A stretch of DNA of 64,000 nt, from contig NC_088308.1 of assembly GCF_910592395.1 (NCBI RefSeq), forward strand, positions 2,356,001 through 2,420,000, read 5' to 3'. Positions 47,809-62,400 of the stretch are shown here, piece by piece (the stretch's first letter is position 1; every line of letters starts with the position of its first letter). Origin of the DNA: Lineus longissimus. Its lineage: Eukaryota. The notes below the pieces were generated by a model. It had not been told where the DNA came from. It searched no databases and saw only the letters and a list, made by a program, of their open reading frames with translations. Both the position numbers and the translations under genes were made by a program.

Positions 47809-48544
47809 CGCCGAGCTTGGGTTTGTTGGTGTCTTTTTATCTGAAAAGAGAAGATTGCAAATTCTGAATGAGAAAGAGAAAAATGTACATCAACTATTGG
47901 TCTACACATCCAAAGCCACCGCACATAACTGCGAGACGTCATACGTCAAGAATGGACTCCACTACATGTAGCAACACGAAGATGAAATTTAAGCTAGTCA
48001 CGATTTCCAGAATTTGAATATGGGCAGTCTTTTGGTCTGAATATCATCCCAGTTTAGATATTGTATGAGATATTTCTTGAAGAACGCACATGTCGTTAGG
48101 TCAAAATTACTACGTCAGGCTGGATCGATGGCTTATTCGGGATTCAGCGCTCAACTGCCTCTAGCTTCCTCTGACACATTGGATCGTTCAAACACCATCC
48201 TCAAAAGTACATAATGAAAGACAGCCATACATTTTCGGATTTTTTGGTTTTTTCTGATGTCAAAACAACAGAAAAGCCCGAAAATCCGACAGGTCGTAAC
48301 AATCTATCAACATTAATGTGGTAGTCTGCACGCATGCATTTCCCATCTTGGTCGTCCCGGAAACTGCCGACTTTCCGACCGTGACCACAGCTTCCTTGCC
48401 GAGGAGTCAGATGACCTCAAGTAATCTGATGAAGATTCATGGAGATCTCAGCTGGTGACATCGGGTAAGGTGAGGTATTCGGACTTGGTGAAGCAGGGTG
48501 TTCGAAAGCCCAGACGACTCGCATATTCATTATTCAAACCACGT

Positions 48545-48617
48545 CTTCAATATTGAACGATTGACTTCATTACTGAGCTATTGACTTCAATACTGAACCA
48601 TTGACTACAATACTGAA
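48545..48617. repeat. Imperfect 20-bp tandem repeat (~3.5 copies)
   Basis: Unit approximately CTTCAATACTGAACCATTGA. Confidence 0.75.
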
Positions 48618-50132
48618 GTCAGACATTGTCAAGTACAGAAAAAAACCCAGAACGAAATCGTTTTTATAGTGATGAACAAATTGTGGAAAATTTTAACCCT
48701 GGGCAGCTCGAGTTTGAAGAGAAGTATAAAAACAGCAACATCTCAAGAATGACGATTGGTGTTACATCCCGGAAGCAATGACCTGCCTGTCTTTTTTTTA
48801 GCAATTAAGGATTTAGTTCAAGACAAGGCTTGTGACAGCCATCCCTGGCATACAGCGCGCTCGCACTGTCACGCTGAATGGGATGGCTGTAACCATCCAT
48901 ACCAGCGGTTTTCAATATACCTCTGCCTCGCGATAAGACGGAGGAGTGAAAAAAACACTGAATGCCAGGATGGGCTCTGGCAGGACGAACGTTCATTAAG
49001 TCGTCGGAATTCATCATTGACAAGTTGCCGGTGCTCAAAGCTTCAATATATATGTGGTATCTCTTATATGATACATCTATGGAAAGGCATTTCCAATTAA
49101 TAAAATGTAGGGTGAAAATAAAATTCAAGTGCAAGTCTATAGCGTGGGGAAAGTTCATGTACATTATAACCTACGTCCACGATGACAAAGTAAGCTGAAA
49201 GAAAGTGAAATAGTTTTTTGGATACCATTTCTGGTTCGGCATTTACCCTGGCATCGATATAACATAAACACTCGTTAAACTGTCGCTTTCGGTAGATAAA
49301 GGAGAGATTGGTGGGTCAAAGTGGCTTAGCCAGACCGCCAAATGGTAGATTTATTACCTTTCGGTCATCAGTGATGTAGTCAGACTTCCATAACGACTCG
49401 AAACCAATGAATTACAAAGTAGGTGAATCCTGAAGTAGTCACCGTAAAGTAGCCCCCTGCATGTCCTTTTGTCTAATATCTCATCTCAATCATGACAATC
49501 CTATTCGCAAACTTCTATAGGAAGACTATACAGAGAGGAGACACACACAGAAGATGAATTCGGCGACATGACAGTTATGTAAACGGGCTCCGCTAAGGAC
49601 ACCAAATCGAATCAAAGGCTACCATTATTATATGAGCATGGTAACATGTAGCATTCCGTTTTCAAGGAGCATGCTCATGCCACCCCATCTCTCAGCCTTG
49701 ATTGTATCTCCTTTCACTGCATTTCAGGTTACAATTATCAGAGAAAGTGAGACTTCATCTCACCACCGCCATCATCAAGGCTTGGGGTCGGCTTCGAAAA
49801 CGGAAAGGATTCTACGACTGATTAGGCAGACGACGAAGAAGGAGAAGGAGACAATTGCTTGGTGCATCGTGCATCAATCTACATAAGACAGTGTGTGTGA
49901 GGAGGCCCACGTGATGGAATTCGATGTCAAACTGAAAGCAAACAAGACATCAACCCAATCAAGAAAAACAAAGATTACCATTCAGACCCAGACGACATAT
50001 ACATGGCTTACCCTTCTCTCCATACCAGAAAGCAGCTTATTTTGACCGAAACACTTTTTATGACTCAGAATTTGCAAGTGGTATTTTCAATCGATTTCCA
50101 TCCAATTGCGGATCAATGTAGTCTGGCGTTCC

Positions 50133-51143
50133 TCATGTTACATGGGCTAGTGGGCCTGGCATGCATGAGGCAAACCTGAACATCTTTACTACCTCCTCGC
50201 GATAAAATGACAATGTAAAGCCATAAATGATAAAGTTCATACAGTAGTTCGTCATACAGATATGGGTGAAGAATTTCACAACCAAGTATAGTAAAACTGC
50301 TTGGTCCTGTGTCAAGCTGTCGCGCCTCTCTGATAAAAAGGTGAAAGTTGTCGTCATTGGCATCAGCAGAAACACATAAAGGGTAGAAACTAACATTAGG
50401 GACACCAGCAATTTACCCTCATTTTGAGTCTTATGGGTGGTAACCCGCAAACCCTTGTCCCTGGAACGAAATATGGCAATCAGTATCAAAATATTTGCTA
50501 AAAAGATCAACGAGCACGGAATATAGTTAAATAATGCTATGTCCAGCTGCCAAATGATAGATGCTGCTCTTGGGTCTAGTGCGTAGAAGCAAAGAATGGG
50601 TGTCCCTTCAATAGTGTCAAGAACGAACAGTCTGTGTACGCTTACCAACAGTGACAGCACACAAACAAGTAAGATCACTGTATTCCTTTTCATCGGAGTG
50701 ATTTTGGCGCGTTGAAGTGGGTACCAGACGACGTACGCTCGCTCCAAGGAGAAAGACACGATGATCCATGCAGAGATGCACATTGAGAGCTGCATGGCGA
50801 ATTGTTGTAGCTTGCAGGACAATCCACTGTACGTCATGAGGTTAAAAGAGATCTCACCGTTGGTGAGATGGTTTAGACCAAAGGCAACCCACTCGGTAAA
50901 CCCGAACCCGATTATAACACCGGTATCTGACACAGCGAGACAACTCAGGTACTGAATGCAAGCATCCGCGCGCTTCCTTGTGCGATAAAAGATCACCACG
51001 GACAAAACATTGCCCAACAATCCAAAGAAAAGCACTCCAAGCATGATGTAACTTTGAGTTATGACTAAGATTTGATCGATTAAGGAAATGGGATTAAATG
51101 GTAAATCGCCATTAGTCAAAGTTTCTGCTGAGGTTGTCGTCAT
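50133..51143 (-). CDS. Class A orphan peptide-receptor-like GPCR (336 aa, intronless)
   Basis: ATG at 51143 in GCCGCCATG context. Motifs GLLGN, LAVSD, TM3 Cys, SLERAYVVWYP, NYCMNFIIY, FYREEV helix 8. Confidence 0.9.
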   Translation of the reverse strand: MTTTSAETLTNGDLPFNPISLIDQILVITQSYIMLGVLFFGLLGNVLSVVIFYRTRKRADACIQYLSCLAVSDTGVIIGFGFTEWVAFGLNHLTNGEISFNLMTYSGLSCKLQQFAMQLSMCISAWIIVSFSLERAYVVWYPLQRAKITPMKRNTVILLVCVLSLLVSVHRLFVLDTIEGTPILCFYALDPRAASIIWQLDIALFNYIPCSLIFLANILILIAIFRSRDKGLRVTTHKTQNEGKLLVSLMLVSTLYVFLLMPMTTTFTFLSERRDSLTQDQAVLLYLVVKFFTHICMTNYCMNFIIYGFTLSFYREEVVKMFRFASCMPGPLAHVT

Positions 51144-53469
51144 GGCGGCATCCGAAGTCAGGTGATCAAAAAGGGAGCGATACACGCCACGGCTTCGTCA
51201 TCTACATGCACGTGATGGTAAATGATGAGTAGGACTTCTGAAAGCAACTTCCACTGCATAATGATATCATGACTACAATGATTACGATGACTTCTCTATA
51301 TAACATCGAACAAAGCAGCTTTAGAATGCGGGATCTAAAAGTGGCGTGCGACACTAAATCTTTAAATAAGCACAGACACTTTCAACAATTTTAAATTGGC
51401 TATTTCAAGCGTGAGGTTTCAGGTTCATCTGTCGGGTGAACGGTGATTGGAGGCACCTGCTCGCCCACCTTCACCCCCTTTTCAACTTTGTATACGTGCG
51501 CATCTCCCTGCACACGCAGTGTTACTTCAAATAGATCCTAAGACAATCTTGCTGAGCTATTTCAAGGTAGACTTTGAATCAGGATTGTTTTATATCATCA
51601 AAACAAAATTGTTAATGGTTAATTGTTAATGTTGACGCAATTATGCCTCAGATGACTTTTAAGACCCACCCAGTTTCTTGATGCGACCTCGTACAGTTCA
51701 TGTGAGAGATTTGGGACGTACTTTTTCATAAAAATGATGGCCTGTTGAACACTGATGCTCGCAATAAATCTGGCTGAGGAAATTGGAGTTCGTCTTAAGG
51801 GTGTCATTCCTTTTACCCTAAACGTCAATTGAAGCACGGAAAAGGATTGATTCATCAGCAACATTCCATCGTATTCCTCCCTGAAACCTCATGATAATAT
51901 TTTTATGACCTTTTTTCATATTATTCATGACCAAATGTAATCCGCCGTGGCTAACGAATTGAGCTCACATTTACCTGTAGAGGGGGCTGGGCTTGTCGAT
52001 ATCTAGACACAGCAGAACCTATTGTGGTGTCATGCATGACATGTCGGTGATAAACTTGGCTTGGAGATTCTAATAATTACCATCCATTAATCAGTAGCGT
52101 AGTAATCGAGCCATTGACGGCAACAGATCACTTCATTAATCAATCTCGAGTTCATGTATAAACGTAATGAACGGGCCATGATTACCATAGTCAAACATGT
52201 CGGGCTAGAGGAATAAAAGGAAGCACCTGATCATAGTCCGCCCAATATCGATGATACAGTTATATGCCAACGTCGCTATTAATAAATTTGCGGAGAAAAC
52301 CTGAGAAAGCTCTGTCCCAACGCGCGTCTTTTGGAAGGGGCGGTGGCTTTGATGTGGAAACCATACGTTCCCTAGTTGCCTGACTCTTTACATGTATTTG
52401 GAAGACTCTGCTTCAATGTAATAGGGTTACAAGCATTCGCCAAAGCAGACATACTATTCGACCGCCTCGTCACTGCGCCCGAGTATGGGATACAAGGTCC
52501 CGTAAATGGGACGAGTCCATGCATCTGAATACAATGCCATCAGGAACAACTCGACTGGGGGAGACACAGCTCAATCGGATGTAGGATCTTCTAAATGGTA
52601 TCTGACGTTGCCATAGCTGGTATAAAATACTTCAATCCTGTTAGAGGACGTTATCCTACGGAGCATGAATATAAATGGCTCTTTTGTGAACGGAATGAAT
52701 CACATTGGTGAGTTTCGTGTAGGATGCTCCAATCGGTTCAAATGAAAATAACCCTTTCGTTTTGATACCATCTTTATTACTTCTTCAAATTCTCGCCATA
52801 GCCCCAGTTGGAACAAAAACTGCACACTAATGGCTGACTGTTCTTCTCCTTTCAAATCTTTGAGTGAAAAGGCAAAAAGTGAGGACTCTTATTTCCACCG
52901 GGAACCTACCTATCCAAGACTACTCATTATTTGATCACCAGTGTTATCAGATCGTTTTCTGTTGTTTGACGTTTAAACAAGTCTCGCCACAGTCGGAGGC
53001 CAAAAAACAACGGTAATAGAACAGCGGCCACACGTGAAGTACATAGATCGACCTTCCGTGGTGTAGCGAGAACAGCCAGCCGCCCAGGCAGACGATATAG
53101 CAAAACATGTTTTTTGATGCGCTTTCATCTTTCATTGAAACGTATATAATCTATTGAAAAAGGGTAATTATAAGATAACACCGACATCAAAATATGCACA
53201 AGGTAGAATTTTCATTCAATTGTTTTGTTTCTTGCTTTCCTTTTTTCAAGACTCTCTATTTCGCTCACAAGCAACACGAATGATATGGATATGATCAACA
53301 CCTATAGTATTCTTTGCGCTCACAAACAACATACACGAATATAGATCTAGTCGAACTGATCATACGCATGCATGTACGTTATACTCGGTGAGTGAAAGAG
53401 AAAATCTATACATAAAACACAAGTTATTTTCATGCAACGGGAACGAATTGCCAGCAACAACTTAAGGCA

Positions 53470-54537
53470 ATGGAGGTCAACTTCCCAGTCGCGGCGTCCA
53501 CACAGCCAGGGGGAACAGTGGTAGTCGCATCGTCAATCACAGCCATAACAATCTTCCGCGGCTATATCGGAATCACCGTCATCATCATTGGGATACTCGG
53601 GAACCTCATCTCAGTATGGATCTTCCCTAAGTTTATCCGAAAAGATGCAGCAGTGTCGCAGTATCTGTTCTGTTTAGCTTTGGCGGATTTGGTCAGCTTG
53701 CTACGAGGTTTGGTCGAGTGGCTTTTCACTGGCCTGTCCGATGTCACCTCTGGTTCTCTTCGCATCGACGTCATGAGTACGTCATTGGTGGCCTGCAAAG
53801 GCATTGAGTATATCGGAGTCATCGCTCAGTCGCTAAGTGCTTATATTTTAGTCATGTTCTCTTTTGAGCGCTGTGCAGCCGTTATTTACCCGCTACATAT
53901 TTACAGATTCGTCACGGTTACACGACGAACGGAGCTCCTATCAGCTTTGCTTATTTGGGCCGCCATCACCGCCTTGCCTTACCTGATATTCTATGAACTG
54001 TTTGTTCCCCCTGGTACAACTATCGCAAGATGCTGGTACAATATGGAAAATAAACACTTCAGTAATCCCAGATACGTTTTCTCGCAACTGACATTAACCA
54101 CAACAATACCCTGTATCTTAATTGTCGTTTTTAACACAACCATCGTTTTCCGAATCAAAAGATCTTCAAACGAATTCTCTACGAAAGACAAGGAGAGCGC
54201 GGAAAAAAGAAAGCAACGTGAACTAAGATCGACATTGACCTTAGTAGCAGTATCAGTATCATACGTGATACTCATGTCTCCCAATGCCATTTCTTGGACA
54301 TATTACGTAGCCAAGATATATCTGCAAAAGGTGGAGCCACGTTCTGTTTCTCTTGCGTTGGAGGTAGGAAAGTTGACTGTGATTTGGACCATGGTCAACT
54401 ATGGATTGAACTTCTTCATCTACACGCTTTCTTTAGATTTCTTCAAAAGAGAATGTCTACGAATCTTTTTATGTAGAAATATGAAACATTCTGAAGACAC
54501 GAGTACAAAGGCAACGAGACACACAATATGCAATTAA
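53470..54537 (+). CDS. Class A orphan peptide-receptor-like GPCR (355 aa, intronless)
   Basis: Motifs GILGN, LALAD, TM3 Cys, SFERCAAVIYP, VILMSP, NYGLNFFIY, FFKRE. Confidence 0.9.
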   Translation: MEVNFPVAASTQPGGTVVVASSITAITIFRGYIGITVIIIGILGNLISVWIFPKFIRKDAAVSQYLFCLALADLVSLLRGLVEWLFTGLSDVTSGSLRIDVMSTSLVACKGIEYIGVIAQSLSAYILVMFSFERCAAVIYPLHIYRFVTVTRRTELLSALLIWAAITALPYLIFYELFVPPGTTIARCWYNMENKHFSNPRYVFSQLTLTTTIPCILIVVFNTTIVFRIKRSSNEFSTKDKESAEKRKQRELRSTLTLVAVSVSYVILMSPNAISWTYYVAKIYLQKVEPRSVSLALEVGKLTVIWTMVNYGLNFFIYTLSLDFFKRECLRIFLCRNMKHSEDTSTKATRHTICN

Positions 54538-57500
54538 TATTTATTTCATTTGATACAGATGCCCACTTCTCAACTTTCAAATTCTACCTTATATTTCTTA
54601 CCAAAGAAGTGCAGATTTTTCCAGATGCATTCAAATTGACACAAATCAAAGAGATGAAACACTTCATCATAATCCTGAGCGGGGATTCAGATGCCCTAGC
54701 CATTCTCTGATAACAGAGAGTCATTACAGATTTCCTAAATTTGCTATTGACGAAAACAATCAGTATATATCAAACTCAGCGATTACCAGTTTTACCCGCA
54801 GATGGGCGTTTTTCTCGATCATCGAGCGACAATGACCCGCCGCAGCGACAAAAGTAACTCATTTGCGGGGCGCTCCGACATCAAATGAGCGCAATAGACA
54901 CTTCTATAGAATCCCGGAGTCCGGAAGTCCATTCGAATCCTTTAATAACACATTAACAGTTGGTGGTCGCTGCTCTTAGTTTTCCTATATGCTTAAGAAA
55001 GCAGACTTCTAGACGAGGATACGTCTATTCAAACCAAACGTCATCAGAACTCTAGAGTAAGAGTAAATGTGCCGATCCCACTTCGTGACATTCCCCTGAA
55101 GTGTTCTCTTTATCCACATGGATGCTTTTTACGGAGATTCATTTTATTCAATTACACGAGTGCCATGACACGAAGAACACTTGGACAGCTGTTGCTTGGT
55201 AATGGACCTACTACATTAATCAATTAATTAAAATCCCATTGAATACTTAGAAAAAGTTTCAGGGCAGTATATAGCGATATTTTGCAAACCTACGCCGCAA
55301 ATTGAGCTCGAGAATTTCCCATTGGATTTTTGCTTTATGTCACCAATAATAGCAAGATTGCCAATTGTGATGATTATGAGTGGCTAATTAATGAATATTG
55401 TGAAAAAATCATGTGAAAAATACGTATAGATGCAGTGATTGCTAAACGTCTCATGCCATACCATGATGCCAAAGCGCCACTTATTTATCAAGCCAACTTG
55501 TTGGTGAACTTTATAGAGGCCTACACGTGAATTGCTTGTTTTCTTTTCGAAGATACATGTCGGCTGAATAATGTTTCGATATTTTTTGGCAACATTGGAA
55601 TCGGATTTGATGGAATTACTTGAGAGGAGTGCACATTTAGTTTCTTTCCTACTTCTGAACAATGCCATAAGATTATAGCTTTTAATTGTAGAGTTCCATC
55701 CACAATCGTTATCAAATCTACGCCGTTTCCACTTCAAAGAACCAGAAAGGAATAAGTGAGATGAAAAACACATCTCAGTGCACTCCATCTTTCAGCACTC
55801 CCATCTGCCAATAATTGTTTGCAGTCTTAAGAACTATTCAGAATGCTTAGTGGAAAATAACGATGCTTCTTAAGCTTATATCAGGAAAGAAGGTATTTGT
55901 TCTGTTGGCCCTCCTTGACTGAGGTCCTGCCCTTTTTTATACATCTTACGGCTTTGTTTGCATTGATCATAAATACTCTGAGAAGTTACATTGTACTTCC
56001 AGAAAAGTAAATGACGCAGTTAAAACTTCTTGACAGGCAATGTATATTGACTTGATCAAGAAAGGCTAGCGTTATTTCAGAAATAACAATAAGTAGCCTA
56101 ACATGTATTTACGAAGTTGGACTATCATGAGAGGAAAGGAAGATATGCCAGAGGCATCTAAAACATCTCCATTGAAATAAACTGTATCACGACGATGAAC
56201 AGAAGTAAAGAGTCTCAGTGATAACAGAAACATATATAGCGCTATTTGTGTCTGGCGATAATGACATTAAATGTCATCGCTTGAGTTCAGCTACGCGATG
56301 CGGTAAATGATTTATCAACTTTTCTAACTTATAGGAAGGTTGATAATTCATTTACCACACTGCTTTGCTGAACCCAAGGGCCGGCTTCTACTGCCATTTA
56401 TATAGCTATACGCCCTTGGTGCGGGATGTAGAACGAAAGAGAGTGTTCGACCTTTTTACCATAGTTTTTCACATTTATGTCAGTTTGGTTCTTGAAACGT
56501 GGCAGGGACGGTGAATAGTCCAAACGTAAACATTTCACATCGGTATTGACCATTGGGCCATATGAAGCTGTTACACCGATGTTATCAAGATTTGGCTGAT
56601 AACCGTAAACTAAGACAGCAAACAATAGGAATTTGGGCCTATTGGTGTGAGCGCTAGAGCGGGCTTTGTTTAAAGACAATAGACCGCGATTTTTCTTCAA
56701 ACGGTGAGGTATGGGGAAAATAACACAATGCCGACAATGCATTTTGAATCAGAATTACTATTGGTATAACCAGGTTCAGCGTTGGATGACATACGAAAAG
56801 TCGTCTGGGCAATGAATGATGAACAGTAATTTGCAACTGATCTCTGAAGCATAGCACTATGCCCCTGATGCCATTTTTGCATTTCGTAGGATAAAACTGT
56901 CTGGTGTATCTGACTGGGCATGATGTTCATACTAAGCAGCATTTTCGGTTTCACAGAGACGTACTAACTCATTTGATATTCATACTTCTTCCTTTGTAAC
57001 TGAGGTTAGAGAGGTAATAGATTCTTCTGTGGCCAAATAAGTGAGGTGGAAATGGATTCTAGCATTGCATTTGAGCTCGATTTTTCATCGGTCCCAGAAT
57101 GATATTGCATGTATTGGAATGACTTTCATTGACCTCTTGGGGCGATATACATTTGCTGGGCTACAGACGGCCTAGAGTAACCGGCCTAAAGACTCACTTT
57201 GATTCTAGGAGAATAAAAATCGTTTCTTCTGAGTTTGAATATCAGCAAAATAATACTTCATAATAACTCATTTTGATAGTGGGAGGTTTTTCACCAACGC
57301 CATCGGTTATGACATTCATAGATACATTTTGTGTATATACATGTATAACATTTATCAAATATTTGATAGATAAGTCTTTGATAATCTATACTTGCTTAGT
57401 GATAGAGTTAACTATCATTTGGGGTTGCCCCTCTTCAGGTTTATAACGGTAAGCATGAAGCAAAATAAATCCATGCCTATACCACTTTGGAGCAAAGTCT

Positions 57501-59202
57501 TGAACCTTGCAACTGTCTTATCGTATAGAAATACAACCCATGAGCAGAACTAATTAAGTAGAGTTTTATACAAACCTGTACTTTTTTACCAGTGGAAGTG
57601 AGACACCTGCTGGTTTCTATTTTCTTGGGTGAAAAACACATTTTTTTACTGCTGGAGTAAGACACTGCAGGTTGAATGAACGGAAAATAATTACAAGCCA
57701 GTTGATAAAAAGGCTTGTAGACCATGCGCGTAATAATTTGTTGTTATGTCGGTGTAAGCTCAAGCGTATATACCAACCTTGAATTATTTACCATTGCTCC
57801 ACCAGTCTCGGACCAATTGATATACCTTAGCTTTTATGCACGCATACAGCACGCTACAGCTAGGTCCGAGTCTGTTGACAAATGGTTTGATTAATTTGTC
57901 TCTTCGATATTGCTCCTTTGATATTGCATTAGGTTTTCATTGCAATTTAATCTATTCAAGATATAGCCCATTTGAACCTGCCTGCGCCACGGGTATAATG
58001 CTAGTATTATATACTCCAAGACAATTGGTCTATTGGCAAGTTCAATCTATACAGTACATGCTGGTTGCAGTTACCAATTTCGGTAATGATAACGTACATT
58101 GTTGGCCATTGCTTTCCCAAAGATGATTTCGTAATATACGGGCCGACTGAAATGGATTCGACACATGGGGATCAGCACCGTCATGCAGTTCAACGACTTT
58201 ATTGGCGCTTTTTCAAAGCATCAGCTAATGTATCTCAAATGAAAACCTAATGACTGATATTAAATGAACTTAAAAGCTTTTCCGAATTCGTTACCGAAAA
58301 GACTACGTCATGTCCTGAAGTTGATGATAGTGATTACTTATCGGACTTGGTGATGATAACGATATTCTGTGAAAGGCGTTAGTACAGAGCAGAGGGTGGA
58401 TACGAACTTCCTTCTAACCTATCAGTAAGGACGTCTGTACGTCACTGCAGCAACGACGATCGTTATCGTGTGGTGCGTGTAATTTCACCAACCACGACCT
58501 CAGGACATCACATCTAATGATACTCTCCTCTGAAACAAGGTGGTCGAGTGAAGACGATATGTTATAGCTCGGCCCACTTGAATCCACTGGCCACAGTTAT
58601 TGTACGATCTTTCCCTCGCGCGCGCATATCACAAAAGCTCGGTAAATCCCGGGTGAAAGGCCCCGAAGCTCAGGATGACGGTTAGAGAGCCAGCGAGATG
58701 CACGGTCGATATCATGACCACATCAGCAATATCAATATCAATACTATCAAATTATTGACACCATGGCACAACAACAACAACAACATGTTGACACGCATCA
58801 TATATAAAGTCAAAAAGCATCAATTCATCATATTACAATTCCGAAAGCACACGAGCTATTAATTATTTACATCGGATAGCCGGAATGAATTTTATAGCAC
58901 TCGCAATATTTGTCCTCAAGGGCAACTCCAAGTTATGCCAATGTTTTATTCAGTTTTCTACGACATCCTGATTTTATTCAATGTTATGGGGAGTCGTCTT
59001 TCTATTTGAATCTGATCAAATCGTGCCGAACTTGTTTCCTTTCCGAGTTTTGGTTTCATTTGGAACATTATTGGAATAAAGATGACATAACGGTGACCGC
59101 AAATATCTTCCCTTACAGTCTCCCGAACCCATTCACTCAAATGAATATGACTAAAAACATGTTTTGTTGATTTGTTTTAGCTGGTTGGAGATCGTTTGAG
59201 AT

Positions 59203-59471
59203 TTCTTCTTCTTCTTCTTCTTCTTCTTCAGCGCTCGCTCAACACTTAGGTATTATTCTCTGGGAGCGTTCCTCCTAAAGGGCGGGATGAGGGTTTCGGC
59301 GAGCCACCGTGGCGTCAATGTTTGCTGGCCTTGGTGCATGACTCCGTTTTCGGCTAAAGGAAGAGTCCACGCCCAGAGTCCACGCAAGCGACTCATTAAA
59401 TGGGGGTATTTTGCGTGCCCTGGCATAGACACCAGATCCAAGGGCCCCGGTTTTACGTCTCATTCGAAGGG
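59203..59471 (-). mobile_element. 5'-truncated SINE with Deu/Nin-like core and (GAA)n tail
   Basis: (TTC)9 at 59203-59229 is the 3' tail on the minus strand. Minus-strand CCCTTCGAATGAGACGTAAAACCGGGGCC resembles, from memory, the conserved Deu/Nin SINE core. Confidence 0.6.
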
Positions 59472-62400
59472 GAAATTAGTTCATTGAACGCCATACCTTC
59501 ATGTAGGTTGTTGGTACAATCCTGTTGGTTCTCCATCGAACCCGGTGTGACAGCGGATATAGTCCCCCTGGAGTCATAGTCCGGTAGCATTGTATTTGAT
59601 CAATTAAGCAGCATGATCTATTGTACCGCTAACCCTAACCAAAACATTTAGCAATGCGGGCTATTGTTACACGGACTATCAGCCCTAGGACTACTATCCC
59701 TTGTACACCGGGCCCAATGACGTGGAAGCCAGCAGTGTTACCACTATCTTCGATCGTGTGAAATGATGACTGCACTGCTTTCCGATTACTAAATTTGTTT
59801 AAATATGGCATCTGGCGAATTTTTACATGACTTGCATTATATTAATACTTGACACATATTTCACAATATAACAGTAAAAAATACCTTTGGAAATGCATAA
59901 TTCCATAACTTGACACATGTTTCAACATTAGAAATACTTAAATCATGATTCTCTATTTCAGAGAGTAAAACACTCAGTAGTTATTTCTTGGCAGACTCAT
60001 TGGTTTAAGTAAACGCATACATGTATGCAGTAATCCTTTATCCAGGCCAAACTGTATATAGATGATGACTTATCTAAAACAAATTGGTTTCTTCATCATC
60101 AAACACTCCATTTTGTCCTCAAGGATCATCGACTTCATTAATTTTCGGTGTCAGCGTTAGTTTTAATAATTCGATGAAACTGAAGTACACTTATCATTTT
60201 CTCATAAATGCTACATCAGAGGACAAGTGCTTCCGAGACGAACTTGCTCAAGCGGGAAATATTCATTTTCAGAATTATTTTACAACTTTTAAGTACACCT
60301 ATGTACACTCAATGTTTCATGTACATCAATTATGTACATTCGACTTGAGAAAATACTATGCTTTCAACAAGGTTGAATTTTTCTGGATGGCAAGAAACAT
60401 ACCAATTATTGAAAACAAGTTGACAGACTTCTTGTTGGGAATACGTGTATGTCAATATTTCTACACGGGAATTGTTATAAGTGCACTAAGCAGTCATTTC
60501 AAGGGCAACTTACGCTAGCTCATATCTAGTATTCCACACTAAGCGACCCCCACCTGACTCATCCTGGCATAACCAGCTGCTTTCAAATACACTCCGTCGG
60601 TCAGGCAGTCGATATTTCAAACCATGAGTATGACGTATAGAAGGAGTAAAAAAAGCCTAATCTCATGATGCACCTGACTACTCTGTCCAAGTTTGGTGCT
60701 TCTGGGTACTAGGAGTGACATATTTGAGAAGACAGTTATAAGAAGAACTCGTAAATGAATTCACTAGGGTTCATCCTTCGAAATATTTGTCAGTGCGACT
60801 TCGTGGTGATTCCACTTGTTGCTTCTTTGTGGACATGCACCGCCGTTCACGTTCACGTCACCTGTTGTGAGAGAAGTCAGAATGTCCAACTCTCTAGAGA
60901 AAGGGCGAATATTGCCTTCGATCCGCATACTACGTATGTACACCCTCAAAGGATCCATGCGGCGGCCAAGTCACTGATCTCGACCACCCTATGATTGGGG
61001 GCACACATCTCCGCAACATGAACTTTAAAAGAGAAAGGAAGTTATGTAACCCGATTATCTCCCGCTCATGCCGGGATGTCAATGGAAGATAACGGCCTGA
61101 TCAAAGTTGCAAAGTTGCTCGTCGTAAAACTTTTCGCATTCGTTCTTGAATTGTAGAATCTAATGCTGATCAAAGATAAATCCGGACTATAATTATTGCG
61201 GAAACTGTTGTTCTGTCACGAATGTTCGTCTTCGAGTCATAAAAGCAATCTTCAAATAGCTCCGGTAGACATGATTACATGAGCGGCGAACGCCGCACGG
61301 AACTGCTGATCGATGTGTTTACTGATATAATCTATTTAGTTCTGTTTACCGGCAGTAATCACATAAATCATATAAATATCGTAATCATGACGGGCAGGGA
61401 AGTGTTCCTATACAGCACTTAACATCGTCTTTCATTAGAAAACATGCTACCAACAAGACATCTCTTAAAGATGGCTCATATCTCTTCAGGCATATTTTTT
61501 ATCACCACCTAACATAAAAAGCCAGACTGCTGATATCGGCCATCGCTTAAACAGTGCAAGAGGTAAAATAAGAGGTTTCAAAATAGAATTTGTTTTTGAT
61601 ACATTGAGGGGCGCTCTTTGCCAAATAGCCACTTGGTTTTAGCAATATCCAATGTGCGTCAATCAATATATAAATCAAGCCATCCTCTAAGCCATACGGG
61701 TTGCAGAAAACATAAAAAGTGGATAATGTTTATTTACAAACGCACCAGCCCATGGGGTTGTAATTAATTGGTATTTGATTAGATATAGGACATTAAGAAA
61801 ACTACCCTGGAGGTTGTTGTGACTGCAGCTGGACAATCGGCATTTCAGAGCGACAAGTGGGATTCATTTTCAAGTAGACGGCGCTCCAACTTGAAATACA
61901 AAAGGTATTGACCGTCTGTTCACCATCTCTTGTTGATTATCAACTGATATCAAGCCAGATGAGTAAATACGCGCATAGAAATGGAATTATATGAGGCTGT
62001 TTTTTATTTTTAAAGCTATTTCCAAACACGTCCGCACATGCTAATACCGGAGAGGCTTTATAGCCCATATCCGTGCTTGTTTGAAACGTGCAAGGATTGA
62101 AATTTTGATTGACATTTAATAAAGATTGGACAAAATTTCCAATTTAAGAGCAACATACATAGACATGCACGGCCAATGACCTACAATGTACGATGCGAAT
62201 ACATTTCTACACAAAATTTCTATTTCAACCACACAATTGACTTCGAGGATACCTGTACTTGGCGTACGGTATCTCCAAAGCTAGATCACCGACTGATAAT
62301 TCCAGAGAACGTTTGTAAACGTTACTGATATGTTAGTATTTGATGTTATGGTATTTCTGATGACACAATTATTTGAACAACATGATTGCTCTAATCTGTG

